Assembly: GCF_009914755.1 (NCBI RefSeq)
Contig: NC_060947.1
DNA: 64,000 nucleotides
From: the human T2T-CHM13v2.0 reference genome, Homo sapiens
Strand: one strand, 5' to 3'
The notes below the pieces were generated by a model, which saw nothing but the letters and a program-made list of their open reading frames with translations, ran no database searches and was not told the origin of the DNA. Of the stretch, positions 25,075-40,700 are shown one piece after another (the stretch's first letter is position 1; every line of letters begins with the position of its first letter). The translations under genes were made by a program, and so were the position numbers.

Positions 25075-28000
25075 CGTATTATTAACTATAAGCATTGTAT
25101 TATACAGTAGAGCTCTAGAATTTCTTCATCTGATATAATCAAAACTGTATATCTTTTCAACAAGTTCTCATTCCCTGTTCACACCAACCACTGACCACTA
25201 CCATTCTTTTTTCTGCTTCTGTAAGTTTGACTATTTTGGATGCTTCATATAAGTGGAATCATGTAGTATGTGTTCTTCTGTGATTGGCTTACCTCACTTA
25301 GCATGCTATTCTGAAGGTTCATCCGTGTTGTAGTGGGTGACAGAATTCCCTTTTTAAGGCTGAATAATATTCCGCTTATATATACACACATATATGCAAA
25401 TTTATACATATACATTTATACAAATATAATACATATGTGTGTGCATATATATAACATTTTCTTTATTCATTCACCTGTCAACAAACATTTTTGTTGTTTC
25501 AATATCTTTGCTATTTTGACTAAAGCTGCCAGGAAGATGGAAGTGTAGATTTTTCTTTTAGATCCTGATGGCAATTCCTTTGTATATATACCCTGAAGTT
25601 GGATTTCTGGATTATATGCTAGTTCTATTTTAAATTTTTTGAAGAACCTTCATTGTGTTTTCTATTGTGGCTACACCATTTCACATTCTCACCAATGGTG
25701 TGCAATTTTTCTCTTTTTTCCACATCCTCACCAACATTTGTTATGTTTGGTTTTATTGAATAATAGACATTGTAACAGATGTGAGGTAATATCTTATTGT
25801 GGTTTTGATTTGCATTTACCTGATGAATCACGATGTTGGGCACTCTTTCATACACTTATGGGTCATTTGCAAATCTTCTTTCAAGAAAAGTCTATTCAAA
25901 TTATCTGCCCATTTAAAAAATTTATGTTTGATACCCTATAATTGTACTGTTTAAGGGATATAACATGATGTTTTGATACACGTATGAGTTCTGTGATGAG
26001 CAAATTTGGGAAATTAACATATCCATTACCTTAAATATTTATCATTTCTTTGTGAGGAGAACATTTAAAAACCTCTCTTTTAGCTATTTTGAAATACACA
26101 ATACATTATTATTAACACTAGTCATCCTACTATGCAATAGATCACAAGAACTTACTCCTTCTATCTAACCATAGCTTTGTATTTACTGACCAATCTTTCA
26201 TCATCCTGCCCTTTCTCCTCCCCTCCCCATCCTCTGGTAACCACTATTCTACTGTTTTTCTATGAGAACGACTTGTAACATTTCATCTGAGTGAGATCAT
26301 CACATGGTATTTGCAGTATTTCTGCTCCTGTCTTTCTCTCATTTTTAATAAGGTTATTTTTTAAAATTTGTTTTTGTTATTATGTTTTTCTTTATATATT
26401 TTGGAAATTAACCCCTTATCATATATGCAGTTTGCAAGTATTTTCTCCCATTTCCTATGTTGCTTTTCAGTTTGTTGATTGTTTCCTTTTCTGTGCAAGA
26501 AGCTTCTATTTAATATAATCTTACTGTTTATATTTGCTTTTGTCACCTGTGCTTTTAGTGTCAGATTCAATAAATAATTTCAAAAACCAATATCAAGAAG
26601 ATATTTTTATATATTTTTCTCTAGGAATTTTACAGTTCCAAATCTTATATTTAAGTTTTTTATCTTTTTTGGGTTGATTTTTGTGTATGCTTTAAGTTAA
26701 AAAGTCCATTTTATTCTTTTGTGTGTGACTATCCAGTCTTTTCAACATCATTTATTGAAGAGACTATCCTTTTCCATTATGTATTCTTGATACCCTTGTC
26801 AAAGATTTGTTGACTATATGTGCATAGGTTTATTTCTGGTCTCCCTAATATGTTTCATTGATCTATATGTGTGTCTTTATGCTAGTATCATACTGTTTTA
26901 ATTACTGTAATGTGTAATATATTTGAAATCAGGAAATTTAATGCCTCAGCTTTGTTCTACTTTCTCAAAATCACTTTGGCTATTCTACATATTTTGTTGT
27001 TCCATAGGAATTTTATATTATTTATATGTTTTCTCTATTTCTATAAGAAATGCCATTGGAGTTTTGATGAGGATAACATTGACTCCATAGATTGTTTTGG
27101 ATAGTATAAACATTTAAAAAGTATTAATTCTTCCAACCCATGAAACAGGGATGTCTTTCCATTTATTTCTGTCTTTAATTTCTTTCATCAATGTCTTTTA
27201 CTTTTTGGTGTACAACTCCTTTACCTTCTTGGTTAAGTTTATTCTTAGGTGTTTAATTTTCATTTTTGATACTATTGCAAATGAATCTGTTTTCTCAATC
27301 TCCTTTTAAGATAGTTCATTATTAATATATAGAAAGAACTTTTTGTACATTTATTTTGTACCCTGCAACTTTACTGACCTCATTTTTTAGTTCTAATTGT
27401 TGCTGTGTTTTTTGTGGAGTCTTTAGGATATGCTATTTATAAGATCATACCATCTGCATACAGAGATAATTTTAATTCTTCCTTTCCAATTTTGTTTTCT
27501 CTTTTCCTTGCCTAATTGCTCTGGTTAAGACTTCTGGTACTATTTTTGATGCAAGTGACAAGAGTTGCATTTTTTCTCTTGTTCCTGATCTTAGAGGAAA
27601 AGCCCTCATTGTTTCGCCATTGAATATAATGTTAGGTGTGGTCTTGTTGTATATGGTCTTTATTATGTTCAGGTAAATTTCTTTTATACCTAGTTTCTTG
27701 AGCATTTTTATCATAAAACATTGTTGAATTTGGTCACACGCTTTTTCTGCAAATATTAAGATGATCATGTGGTTTTTATTTTTAAATATGTTAATGTGAT
27801 GCACCACATTTATTGATTTGCATATATTAGACTATTTTTGTAACCGGTGATAAATCTCACTTGGTCATGGTGTATGATCTTTTTAATATACTGCTGAACT
27901 CAGTTTGCTAGTAAGGATTTTTGCATGTATGATCATCAGGAATATTGGCCTGTAATAGGCTTTTTGTGTTTTGTCTTTGTCTGGCTTTGGTATCAGGGAA

Positions 28001-28580
28001 ATGCTGGTCTCATACAATGAGTTTGGAAGTATTCCCTTCTTTTTAATTTTTTGGAAGAGTTTGTGAATGATTGGCATTATTTTTATTTAAATAATTGGTT
28101 ACGTTCACCAGTGAAAGTGCCTGGTCCTGAGCTTTTCTTTGCTGGGAGGTTTTTGATTAGGGTTATTCAATATTCTTACTCATTATTGGTTAGTTCAGAT
28201 TTTCTACTTTTTCATCATTCAGTCTTGCTAGTTCATATGTTTCCAGAAATGTTTTCATTTCTTGTAGGTTATCCAATTTTTTATGCATAATTGTTTATGG
28301 TAGTCTTGTATAAATTTTCTTTTATTTCTGTGGCATCAAGTGTAATGTTTTCTTTTTTATTTCTAATTGTATTTGAATCTTTTCACTTTTTATTATGTTA
28401 GCTAAAAGTGTGTCAGTATTGTTTATCTAAATGTTTAGTCTCTATTTCATTTATGTGTGCTTTTATCTTTGTTATTGCCTTCCTCCTGTTAACTTTGAGC
28501 TTAGTTTGTTCTTTTTGTCTAGTCCCTTAAATTGTAAAGTTCGCTTACTTTATTGTCTTTCGTATTTTTAAATGTAGGGT
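25075..28580 (-). mobile_element. Old L1 (L1MA9/L1MB-like) 3'UTR and ORF2, interrupted at 25913-26340
   Basis: Antisense L1M 3'UTR 'ttattaactata...gctctagaattt'; ORFs 27472..27807(-) and 27883..28077(-) give [17 protein letters not shown]...YRPI. Confidence 0.85.
25913..26340 (-). mobile_element. L1MA4/L1MA5-like 3' end nested in the older L1
   Basis: 'atcatttctttgtgaggagaacatttaaaa...ttttagctattttgaaatacacaatacattatt...tgcaatagatcacaagaactt'. Confidence 0.78.
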
Positions 28581-28990
28581 TTTTCTTTTTCTTTTCTTTT
28601 TTTCTTTCTTTCTTTTTTTTTTTTTTGACACAGGGTCTCACTCTGTCACTGTGTCACCCAGGTTGGACTGCCATGGCATGATCTTGGCTCACCGCAACCT
28701 CCGCCTCATGGGCTCAGGTGATCCTCCCACCTCAGCCTCCCTAGTAGCTGGGGCTACAGGTGCCTGCTACAACACCCAGCTAATTTTTTTTTGTATATTT
28801 TTGTAGAGACAGGGTTTCATCACGTTGCCCAGGCTGGTGTGCCACCATGTCAGGCTATTTATTTTGTATTTTTAGTAGAGACAGGGTTTTGCCATGTTGG
28901 CCAGGCTGGGAAACTCCTGGCCTCAAGTGATCCACCTGCCTCGACCTCCCAAAGCGCTGAGATTACAGGCATGAGCCACCGCGCCCGGCC
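28580..28990 (-). mobile_element. Chimeric over-length Alu (AluJ part fused to AluS/Jb part)
   Basis: Linker plus adjacent ~75 bp occurs twice (28760-28837 and 28837-28909) with different diagnostics (tttgtagagac/gttgcccagg versus ttagtagagac/gttggccagg); no TSD seen. Confidence 0.88.
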
Positions 28991-29900
28991 TCTTTGTTGA
29001 TATTCTTACTTCTTTCAATTTTCCTGATTTATTTAGTTGCCTATCTGTGTTCTCTTGTAGTTCACTGAGTTTCTTTAAGACTATTATTTTAAATTATTTG
29101 TTACAAAATTCATAGATCTCCATTTCTTTAGGATTAGTTCCTGGAGATTTTTTTTGATAGTGTGATATTTTCCTGATTCTCTGTACTCATTTGCTTTGGG
29201 CGTCTGAATATTTGAAGCATCAATCACCTCTTCTATTCTTTCCAGACTGGCTTCAGCATGCAAAGAACTTCACCAATTATCTCAGCTGGAGATTCAGAGT
29301 GTGTCTCTCAAACCTTTGTAATAAATGTGCACATTCCACTTCTTTCCATTCCTTTTTAGGAGAAGTTTCAGGACTTTATGCCTTCTCCCAGTCCCTTGGA
29401 GTTCTGCCTGGAACTTAGAATCACTCATCAGTTTTCCTTAGGGTAGTACACTGATATTTCTATGTCGAATATTATCTTTACTTCCCTTTCTTTCTCCTGA
29501 AGAAGAAAACTCTATATTGTGAACCTTCTTCCAATCCCATTGAGCTGTGTTGAATACTAAGAGCTGCTCTTTCATTTTAACGAGAGAAGTGCATTGGGTG
29601 ACAGAACATTGCGAGTAAGTTCCATTTCTCTTTCCTCCTCTTGAAGGAGAAATCCCAGAATTGTGTGCCTTCTCTCAGTCCCGCAGAACTGGGGTAGCAT
29701 TTGAGAAGTGCACCCTCTGCCAAGATTTGCACTGTCTGCTGAGATTCCTTGCCTTCTGCTGAGAACCACAACAGCTACTTTGACTTATGCTGGATGTTGG
29801 TGGTCATGTTAGCCGTTTGAGGCTGTCCTGGTTCCTGGGGGGCATGTAACTGCTGTCATCTGTGCCTGGCAGCTGAGATTAGCATTAGTATTTGCAATCT
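28991..29900 (-). mobile_element. Old L1M ORF1 N-terminal and 5'UTR remnant
   Basis: 'ctcttgtagttcactgagtttctttaagactattattttaaat' antisense L1M ORF1-like sequence. Confidence 0.6.
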
Positions 29901-31541
29901 GCACTGGGTGTCCGGTGCTGTAGTTGCTGTGGTATACTATAAATTGCACAATAAATGTTAGCATGCAAATAATTAGAGGAACAAAATGAAAAAAAAAACA
30001 GTGACAGCTAATCTGTAAATGGAAGTAATGCAAATAATTAATCATGGGGTATATACTTAGTACTATATAAAGTTTAATTTGTCTAGACTTTCTACCATGG
30101 TTCCCTTTAAATATTCTGTCCTATTTGTCTTCATAAGTTGACTTTTACATCTCAGATCAGGTGTTTTTATCCTTGTCCCCAAAATACAACAATAAGTTAG
30201 GTATATTGTCGGATGCAGAATTTGGGTAGACATGTTTTTTAAGGTTTATGAAAATCTCTTTTATTCCCAGTTAAACATGTTCATCTAAGTATTATTTATG
30301 GAAGATGGTTCTATTTTGTGAAACTGCTTAGAAGTTAATTCTCCCATCTATTAGTTGGTCTTATTTTTATTTTTAATTTTAGATTCAAAGGGTTACATGT
30401 GCAGGTTTTTTACATGGAAACGTTGCATATGGTTAGGGTTTAGGAATCTATTCAAGCCATTATCCAAATATTAAACATAATACCTACTAGATAAATTTTC
30501 AATCCTCCCCCTTCTCCCTACCTTCTGCTTCTTGGAGTCCCCAGTGTCTATTACTTCCATATTTATGTCCACGTGTAGCCATTATTTAGCTCCCACTTAT
30601 AAATGAGAATGTATATGGTACTTGATTTTCTGTTTCTGAGTTATTTCAATTAGCATAGTGGCCTTCAGCTCCTTTCATGTTGCTGCAAAGAACATGATTT
30701 CATTATTGTTTATGGCTGTGTAGTATTCCATAGTATGTATGTACCACATTCTTTATCCAATGAACCACGGTGAACAATAAGGTTGATTCCATGACTTTGG
30801 TATTGCAAACAGTGCTGTGATAAAGGTACAAGTGCAGGTGTCTTTTTAAAAATAATGAATTGTGTTTTTGTGGGTAGATACTCAGTAGTGAGATGGCTGG
30901 GTCAAATGGTAGTTCTACCTTTAGTTATTTGAGAAATCTCCATACTGCTTTCTGAAGGGGCTAAACTAATATGTATTACCACCAAGAGTATGTAAGTATT
31001 CCTTTTTCTCTGGATCTTCACTAACATTTATAATTTTTTGACTTTTTAATAATAGCCACTCTTAGTGGTGTGAAGTGGCATTTTATTGTGGTCTAATTTA
31101 CATTTATCTGATGATAGTAATATCGGGTATCTTTCCAAATGTTCATTGGCCACTTGTATGTCTTCTTTTTAAGAAGTGTCTTTTCATCTTTTGCTCACAT
31201 TTTAATGGAGTTATTCATTTTTTTGCTGGTTTATTTGTTTAAGATCTTTATATAATCTGAATATCAGTCCTTTGCATACCATTACTCAACTTTAAACTAT
31301 ACTACAAGGATATATAGCAGGCAAAACAGCATTGTACTAGTACAAAAATAGACACATAGATCAACTGAACAGAATAGAGAGCCCAGAAATAAAGCTATAG
31401 ACCTACAACCAACTGAGCTTTGACAAAGTCAAAAAAATAAAAAATGGAGAAAGGACGTTCTATTCAATACATTCTACAGGGACGACTGGCTAGCTATATG
31501 CGGAAAAATGAAACTGGACTCCTACCACTCACCATATATAA

Positions 31542-34047
<2,506 letters not shown>

Positions 34048-35355
34048 AAAAATTAACTCCAGATGGACTAAAAAATTATATATATGTGAGACCTGAAACT
34101 AGAAATATCCCAGGAGAAAACAGAGAGAAAACTATTCTGGTATTGGCCTAGGCAAATAATTTATGACTATGACCTCAAAAGCAAATGCAACAAAAAGCAC
34201 AAATTGACAATTGGGAACTAATTAAACTGAAGAACGTCTTTACAGCAAAGGAAACCATCGAAATATTAAACAGGTAACCTACAGAATGGGAGAAAATATT
34301 TGTTAGCTACTTTTTATGACCTTTGTTTTACCACCTGCTGTGGAATTTTAGTTTACAGGTTTATCTCTGGTAGCATTTTTGTCCGTTTTTAATTTTTCTT
34401 TTTTTTTTTTTGATGAGTGTGTTTTTTTTTCTCTGCTCTTGTCCCTTCATGTCTAGAATATTTTACACTTGTTTCTACCAAGATCACCAAGCTTCTCTGA
34501 TCAAAACCAGGTCTCAACCTATTGGATGGATATCTCTCCTCCTGGAGGAAAACCAGAGAGCGTGTTCTAGAGCAGATGTTGTCTTGCTCTGTCGTGTCTC
34601 CTTTGTCAACAGATTGACAATGGCTATGGCCATTTGCAATGGCCTGCAAACTTTGTAGCAATATCATGGGAATGTGGGGGAGTTCATGCTGTTGAACTCA
34701 ACCTCAATCCCTAATAGTCATAGAGAGGAGTCAGTCTTTATTAATTCATAGCAGTTGGTCTCTGCGCCACCTCTTTCTGCTTATAGCTTCTGATATCCAT
34801 GGGTCCAGGTACTGAGTTTATAGATCTAGGTCCTCCTTATCAATGTGTGTTTCTGCTCCATTTCTGATCCATTGATGTTTATTTTACTTTTGATCATGAC
34901 TGTCTTTTAAAAATGTTTTTTAATTGTCTACTAATATTGTTAGAAGTTTGGACAGAAGAGGTTTTTAAAGAGCATTTGTTTAGAATGTGCTTAGAAATAT
35001 TTTTAAATATATGGTAAATTTGAAAAAAAAATAGTGTGCATATATGTATAGTTACCACCTAAATGCTACCATTACCATTTGACTAGTTTTATCACATATC
35101 TTCAACTCTCCATTCTTTTATTCATCCATCAATCTATCCTGTTGTTTTCTAGCATTTCATAGTTAGTTGAGGACATCAGTAAACTTCCTAGAAAGAGGTA
35201 TTTTACATGAACTCACAGCACTAAATTAAATTGAAGTCTTGAAGTAAATAAAGACTTTTAATTTTCTTTAAACCAATATTTACTAAACTTATTTGGGATG
35301 GAACCCTTTGTTATACAACTTGCAGGAGTATTTACAAGATTACTATCCAGTAATA

Positions 35356-35688
35356 CAGCTGTCTGCAACTGCACCAGGTACCAGTTTCATGGAAGACAAT
35401 TTTCCCACAGACTGGGGTAGAAAGGGATGGTTTCAGGATAAAACTGTTCCACCTCAGATCATCAGGCATGAGATTCTCATAAGGGACATAACACCTAGAT
35501 CCTTCACATGCACAGTTCATAACAGGGATCATGCTCCTATGAGAATCTAATGCTGCCAATGATCTGACAGGAGGTGGAACTCAGGCAGTAATGCTCACTT
35601 GCCCGTTGGTCACTTTCTGCTACGTAGCTTGGTTCCTAACGGGCCATGGACTCGTACTGGTCTTTGGCCTGGTGTTTGGGGACCCCTG
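35356..35688 (-). mobile_element. MER1B (hAT-Charlie non-autonomous DNA transposon)
   Basis: Ends ...ttggggacccctg; internal 'ctcctatgagaatctaatgctgcc...gatctgacaggaggtgga'; degenerate 8-bp TSD cagtaata/ctgtaatg. Confidence 0.92.
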
Positions 35689-35959
35689 CTGTAATGCAAG
35701 CTTGAGAAAATGGTATGCTATTCTTTGCCTAGAATTCTATTTTTTTAAATCAATTTCAATCCTAAATTTTTTATGTAACTTTGTAATGATCCTTCCAAAT
35801 TTGTGTCATAAGAAATTTTAATTTTTAATTAGCCTGCTACCTATATCTTTTCTTAGCTACGTTCATCCTTTTAAAACATTTAGACACAACTGTTTAAAAA
35901 TTATAGACCCAAAATTCTTAAATGTGTGTATATACATACATATATTTATATATAAATAT

Positions 35960-36130
35960 ATAACTTTGGTAAAGTTAATTAAATTATGTAAAACTCAGTT
36001 TTGTCATTATAAAATGGAGAAAGTAATACCCACTTTAATTATTTTTAGTGAGGATAAAATTACACAATTGATGAAAAATGCCTAGTTTCATGTAGGAACA
36101 CTAACAAGAGTTTAATAAAAGATAGCTGCT
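35960..36130 (+). mobile_element. MIR fragment
   Basis: 'ctcagttttgtcattataaaatggagaaagtaatacc...gtgaggataaaat'. Confidence 0.6.
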
Positions 36131-36624
36131 GTGTATGTTATTTCTTCCAATGTAATTTTTATGAATGATAGAAAAATGTGTGAGTGGTATACGTGGATAG
36201 CCTTGCACAGAGAAATCTTAGCCTAATTTAATCAGAAAATTAAGGCAATGATTTAGAATTTTCTTGAGAAAGGAAGAAAGGAAAAAGAAAAGAAGAGAGG
36301 GAAGAAGAGAGGGAGATTTTGCTTCACACCTGTCATTATAACTGGTGTTATTTGTGAACTTTAGTTCAAACATAATCTGGGCCAGTTGGAATGAGTTAAC
36401 CAATGTTCCACATAAAAATAATGCAATGGACTTGTTTATCTAATTTGTCAAATTTAGATAAGTTACTGTTATACAGATGCAAAAAATAAGTGATGAAGAT
36501 AAGTAATGAAAGGGATATTTTATTAAAGAGATTTCTACCATTATATTATATAGCATATCACCTAATAGTAATCAAATTAAGGAAGGGGTGATGAAAATTA
36601 ACATGTAATTGGCTCATACCATGA

Positions 36625-36991
<367 letters not shown>

Positions 36992-37129
36992 TAGTAACTT
37001 CTCTAATATCTCAGATCTTAAGTCATGATGCTCATTCTTTCATATATTAGCAAATCCCTAATTGTAAGTTTAAAAGTCATATCAAATACAACATATTCAA
37101 AAATCTATTCTCTAGCCAGCCCCCACTGT

Positions 37130-37775
37130 TCCTGTACAAATGTAATTCAGATTATGTCACTCTCCAAGATTCTTATCTTGACCTACACTGTTCTATATAA
37201 TCTTGTCCCAGGTTATTTCTCTGATCTCATCTATTACCACTCTTCTTTTTACTCTTTGACCTCAAACAATGCAGATCTTGATGTCCCTTAAGTTCACCAA
37301 GTAGAACCCTATCATATATCTCAAGATTTTTAAATAGCAGTTTTCTCTGTCCAGAAATTTCTTCCCTAGATATTTGCATGGCTCACTCTCTCTTGTCATT
37401 TAGAACATTGCCTAAGAGATCTGACAACTTCTTAGAGGAGCTTTTTTGACCACTATCAATTCTTTTACTCTGAATTACTCTTTTTTGTAGCTTGTATTAT
37501 AATAAACCTAAATAGTATTAGATTGGTGCAAAAGTAATTGTGGATTTTGCCATTGAAAATAATGGCAAAAACAATTACTTTCAGTGACATTGCCATTACT
37601 TTCAATGGCAAAAACTGCAATTACTTTTGCACCAACCTAATACTTGTTTTTATTATCTGTCTTATCCATTTGAATGTCAGCTCCATAAAGTCCAGCACTT
37701 CACTATAGTCATTGCTGTATCTTTAGCTCCTGGAACAGTACCTGATACATAATAAAAGCATAATAAATATTTGCT
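37130..37775 (+). mobile_element. L2 LINE 3' fragment (hosts MADE1; tail split by the L1)
   Basis: 'gaatgtcagctccat...gctgtatctttagctcctggaacagtacctgatacataat...aataaatatttg'; terminal 'ttgttgaatgaat' reappears after the L1 near 44304. Confidence 0.75.
37518..37640. mobile_element. Expanded MADE1 (Hsmar1-derived MITE), 123 bp, TA flanks
   Basis: TIRs ttagattggtgcaaaagtaattg / caattacttttgcaccaacctaa with TA on both sides; longer than the ~80-bp consensus. Confidence 0.93.
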
Positions 37776-37788
37776 ATATAGAATTCCA

Positions 37789-40700
37789 TATGGCTTACTA
37801 GACACAGCCAGGAGGAACATCTCTCACAGAGAGACCAGGGCATTGAGAAGTCTGGCACACTCTAAGCAGATCTTTGAAGGGAAGAAATTGAGAGTAAATG
37901 GAGGGAGGCTGCAAAATGCTGAGCTAAAGGGGAAATCTGGGAACCCTACACAGGGTGGCTGAACATCAGGACTCACTCCTGGGCCCTAGCAACTCCTGAG
38001 GATGGGGTGAGTTGATCAGGCAAAGAGTAGACTTCTCTCACCACGTATCTTCAGAATCTGAGCAGCAGTAGACTCCACGAACCTCATGGACACCGGAGCT
38101 GGCAGTGAGCTGCTTAGAGAGGTAGCAGGAGAAAGACTTCAGCCTGTGTGGAGCACAAAGGGCTTAGTACATAAAGGGCTACAGTGGAGCTTGGCCAAGG
38201 ACACCCATCCCCCAATGCTTGCTACACTCCTCTAGGAGACTTTAGCATTAGGGTGATGGTTGGACTGGGACAGAGCAGGAACTGTTCCCTGTGGGATGAG
38301 GACAGCTCAATCTGAGCAACCCCTGTTGAATGACCTATTCAGGAGCTCCATCCTGGCCACATTCATTGGCAGTGCAACCTCAGATACACAACCAGGGTGC
38401 TTCCCAGGGGCCCTCATCATAGCTCCTTCAACAGCAGAGTACACCTGACCATGGGAGAGCTCCAGCAGACTAGCCCCCACTGACATGCACCAGCTCACCC
38501 ACAGCTTCCCCACACAGCAGCCTCCCCACATCATTTTGGTGGCATACACTTACCCATGGCCTCCCCATCGCTTTGCTAGTGCATGCATGCAGGAAGACCT
38601 CACCTCCTCTGCTGACATGCATGTGAGTGCACAGCTTACTGTGCCCCCACTGCCACCATGAGCACACCCTTCCACCTCACCCCACTGACACATGGGCATC
38701 CCACTACACCTCTGCCACTGGCTCAAAGACACAAAAGGGCGTTGGCAACCCCAGCTCCACCAGCATCCTGCCCCTGCCACCAGGGCTGCAACCTCCAGCA
38801 TGAGTGCTAGTATAGACACCAACAAACCTGCTCCCCCCAGTTCCCCTCTCTGGCTAGCATGCATGTACTCTGTCACTCACCTGTGGCTTCTGTCATGTAT
38901 ACATGAGCATGGCTTCCATTGTTACCTCACCAAAGAATAAATTTGGCCAGAATCCTCCATTGAAGTGTTGTGGCCAGTGGACCAGGAACACCTCAGGCCA
39001 TCCAGTGCAGCAGGTTCCTAACCTGCAGGGGTTAAAGAAGAAAGCCAGGTGCCTGGTACCTGCACCCCCAGAGTTACAACGTGCAGCAGCCCCCAGGTGT
39101 GCTGAGCTGAGCCTTGTCTACCTAAAAGCTTCCAGAAATGAAGCCAGTTGAATGAACCCAACTTATACCACAATTAAATCCCCAAGGTCATCAAAGAAGA
39201 TAAAAGCAAAAACAAACAAACAAAAACATCTAAAGGACAGCAACTTCAAAGATTAAAGAAATTTCAGACCACACAGATGAGAAAACAAGCATAAGAACTG
39301 TGACAGCTCAAAAATCCAGAGTGTATTCTTACCTCCAAACAACCAAACTATTTTCCAAGCAATGGTTCTTAAGAGGGTAAAATGGCTGAAATGAAAGACA
39401 TAGAATTTAGAATACAGATAGGAATGAATATCATCAAGTTCCAGTCCAAGGAATCTGAGAAATACAATAAAATGATACATGAGCTGAAACATGAAATGAC
39501 CATTTTAAGAAAAAAAATCTGATCCGATAGGGCTAAAAAACTCATTTCAATAATTTCATAATACAATGGCAAAAATTAAAAGCAGAATAAACCAAAATGA
39601 GGAAATATTTTGAGAGATCAAAGGGCCTTTGAATTAACTCAGTCAGGCAAAAATAAAGAACAATGGAAAAAAAGCTCTGAGAATATGGGATTATATGAAG
39701 AGACCAAATCTATGACACATTGGTTTTCCTGAGCGAGAAGGAGAGAAAGCAAGTAGCTTGGCAAACATATTTGAGAATATTATTCATGAATGTTTCCCCG
39801 ACCTCACTAGAGAAACCAACATTTAAATTCAGGAAGCACAGGGAACCCCTGTGAGATACTATACAAAATGAGCTTCACCAAGACACACAGTCATCAGATT
39901 CTCCAAGTTTGAAACAAACTACAAAATGTTAAAAGAAGATAGAGAGAAGCAGCAGGTCACCTACAAAGGTAACCCCCATAAGGCTAACAGCAGATCTTTC
40001 AGCAGAAATCCTACAAGCCAGAAGAGATTTGGGGCCTATATTCAGCATTCTTTTTTAAAAAAGGAATTTCAACCAAGAGTTTTATATCCAGCCAAACTAA
40101 GCTTCATTAGCAAAGGTGAGATAAAATTCTTTTCAGACGAGCAAATGCTGAGGAAATTTGAAACCATCAGACCTGCCTTACAAGAAGTCCTTAAGAGAGT
40201 GCTAAATAAGGAAAAAAAAAAAACCATTACCAGACACCACAACACACTGAAGTACATAGACCATTGAAATGATAAAGCAACTACACAATCAATTATGCAT
40301 AATAGTCAGCTAACAAACATGATGCCAAGTTCAAGTTCACACATATCAATATTAAACTTGAATGTAAGTTGACTAAATGCCCCCAATTAAAAGGCACATA
40401 GTCACAAGTTGGATAAAGAAGTAAGACCTAAGTGTTATGCAGTCTTCAACAGACCCATCTCACAAGCAATGACACACATAGGCTCAAAGTAAAGAGATGG
40501 AGAAAAATCCACTAAGCAAATGGAAAATAGAATAAAAGGAGGGGTTGTTGTGCTAATTTCAAACCAGACATTAAACCAGCAATGATCAAAAAAGAAAAAA
40601 AGGCATTACATAATGGTTAAGGGTTCAATTCCACAGGAAGACCTAACTATCATAAATATATATGCACACAACACAGGAGTGTCCATATTCATAAAACAAG

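Noticed and set aside
38470-38910. Degenerate C-rich repeats (cccccactgacatgc...) and overlapping ORFs
   Set aside because: Typical repetitive part of old L1PA 5'UTRs; ORFs follow from higher GC content.
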